This document shows positions 53,300 through 53,486 of a stretch of 53,486 nucleotides of DNA, piece by piece. The position numbers and the translations under genes were made by a program. The stretch is taken from positions 1 through 53,486 of IMG/VR virus record IMGVR_UViG_3300025083_000041. The stretch is one strand, 5' to 3'. This stretch comes from a virus. Lineage: Duplodnaviria; Caudoviricetes. Under the pieces are notes generated by a model. That model searched no databases and was not told the origin of the DNA. It was given only the letters and a program-made list of their open reading frames with translations. Position 1 is the first letter of the stretch. Every line of letters begins with the position of its first letter.

Positions 53300-53486
53300 T
53301 TATGTATGACGTGTCAAGTATTATTTGCTTTCATTACGTATGTAGTATATACATTAGATAGAAAGAAGGTATAGAGTGGGAGGGACTTTACCCATACTCA
53401 ACTAGTATATTCAAAAGATTTTTGACAATAAAAAGAATATATTCTGAATAAAAGCAACAGTTCAAACGTATTATAAGTATACAATG

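Larger units (their letters stand above)
3632..53472 (+). promoter_or_regulatory. repeated phage promoter TGAATA-N16-CGTAT(A), ~48 copies
   Basis: TGAATA starts at 3632, 4129, 5368, 7068, 8075, 11366, 14507, 18259, 21082, 23703, 26688, 28325, 32400, 35211, 35842, 36139, 37297, 38188, 39229, 40017, 40435, 41003, 41492, 41978, 42285, 43166, 43506, 43758, 44562, 46050, 46524, 46804, 47063, 48274, 48509, 49645, 49998, 50229, 50413, 50829, 51106, 51567, 51928, 52197, 52550, 52813, 53096 and 53445. The spacer is 16 nt in each, and copies lie shortly upstream of start codons. Confidence 0.9.

Noticed and set aside
1-53486. Alternative genetic code (stop-codon reassignment)
   Set aside because: Core genes are full length in the standard code, and TAA, TAG and TGA all terminate genes.
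1-53486. Bacterial chromosome origin of the window (recA, dnaE, groEL, clpP)
   Set aside because: A gp32-like SSB, gp41-like helicase, endolysin, single-strand gene packing and dozens of small orphans indicate a large phage.

Overview
This 53.5-kb window is an AT-rich, gene-dense segment of a large dsDNA bacteriophage genome. Nearly every gene is on the + strand; the one exception is a vWA lipoprotein gene. The left ~34 kb is a replication, nucleotide-metabolism and proteostasis block. It encodes a compact PolA-family polymerase, a divergent tubulin/FtsZ-like protein, a gp32-like SSB, RecA/UvsX, a 5'-3' exonuclease, a DnaB-like helicase, class II RNR, ThyX, DnaE, a DNA MTase, dUTPase, a ClpP-like protein, an amidase endolysin and GroEL/GroES. 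The right ~20 kb is a hyperplastic array of small genes, mostly monocistronic or in short operons, plus a MoxR AAA/vWA pair. Main observations: (1) about 48 copies of an ECF-sigma-like promoter TGAATA-N16-CGTAT with an invariant spacer, often embedded in gene 3' ends; (2) a tandem cassette array of MKVGDLV (KOW/SH3-like) mini-genes joined by a dual-coding junction repeat; (3) two covarying 30-nt pseudoknot candidates flanking a Gly-rich micro-ORF; (4) a tRNA-like RNA with an aberrant anticodon arm; (5) apparent avoidance of AGCT, CCWGG and GGWCC, with CCGG missing only from the right ~20 kb; (6) myxobacterial-type surface proteins that suggest a Myxococcota host. All calls come from motif reading by eye; no database searches were run.
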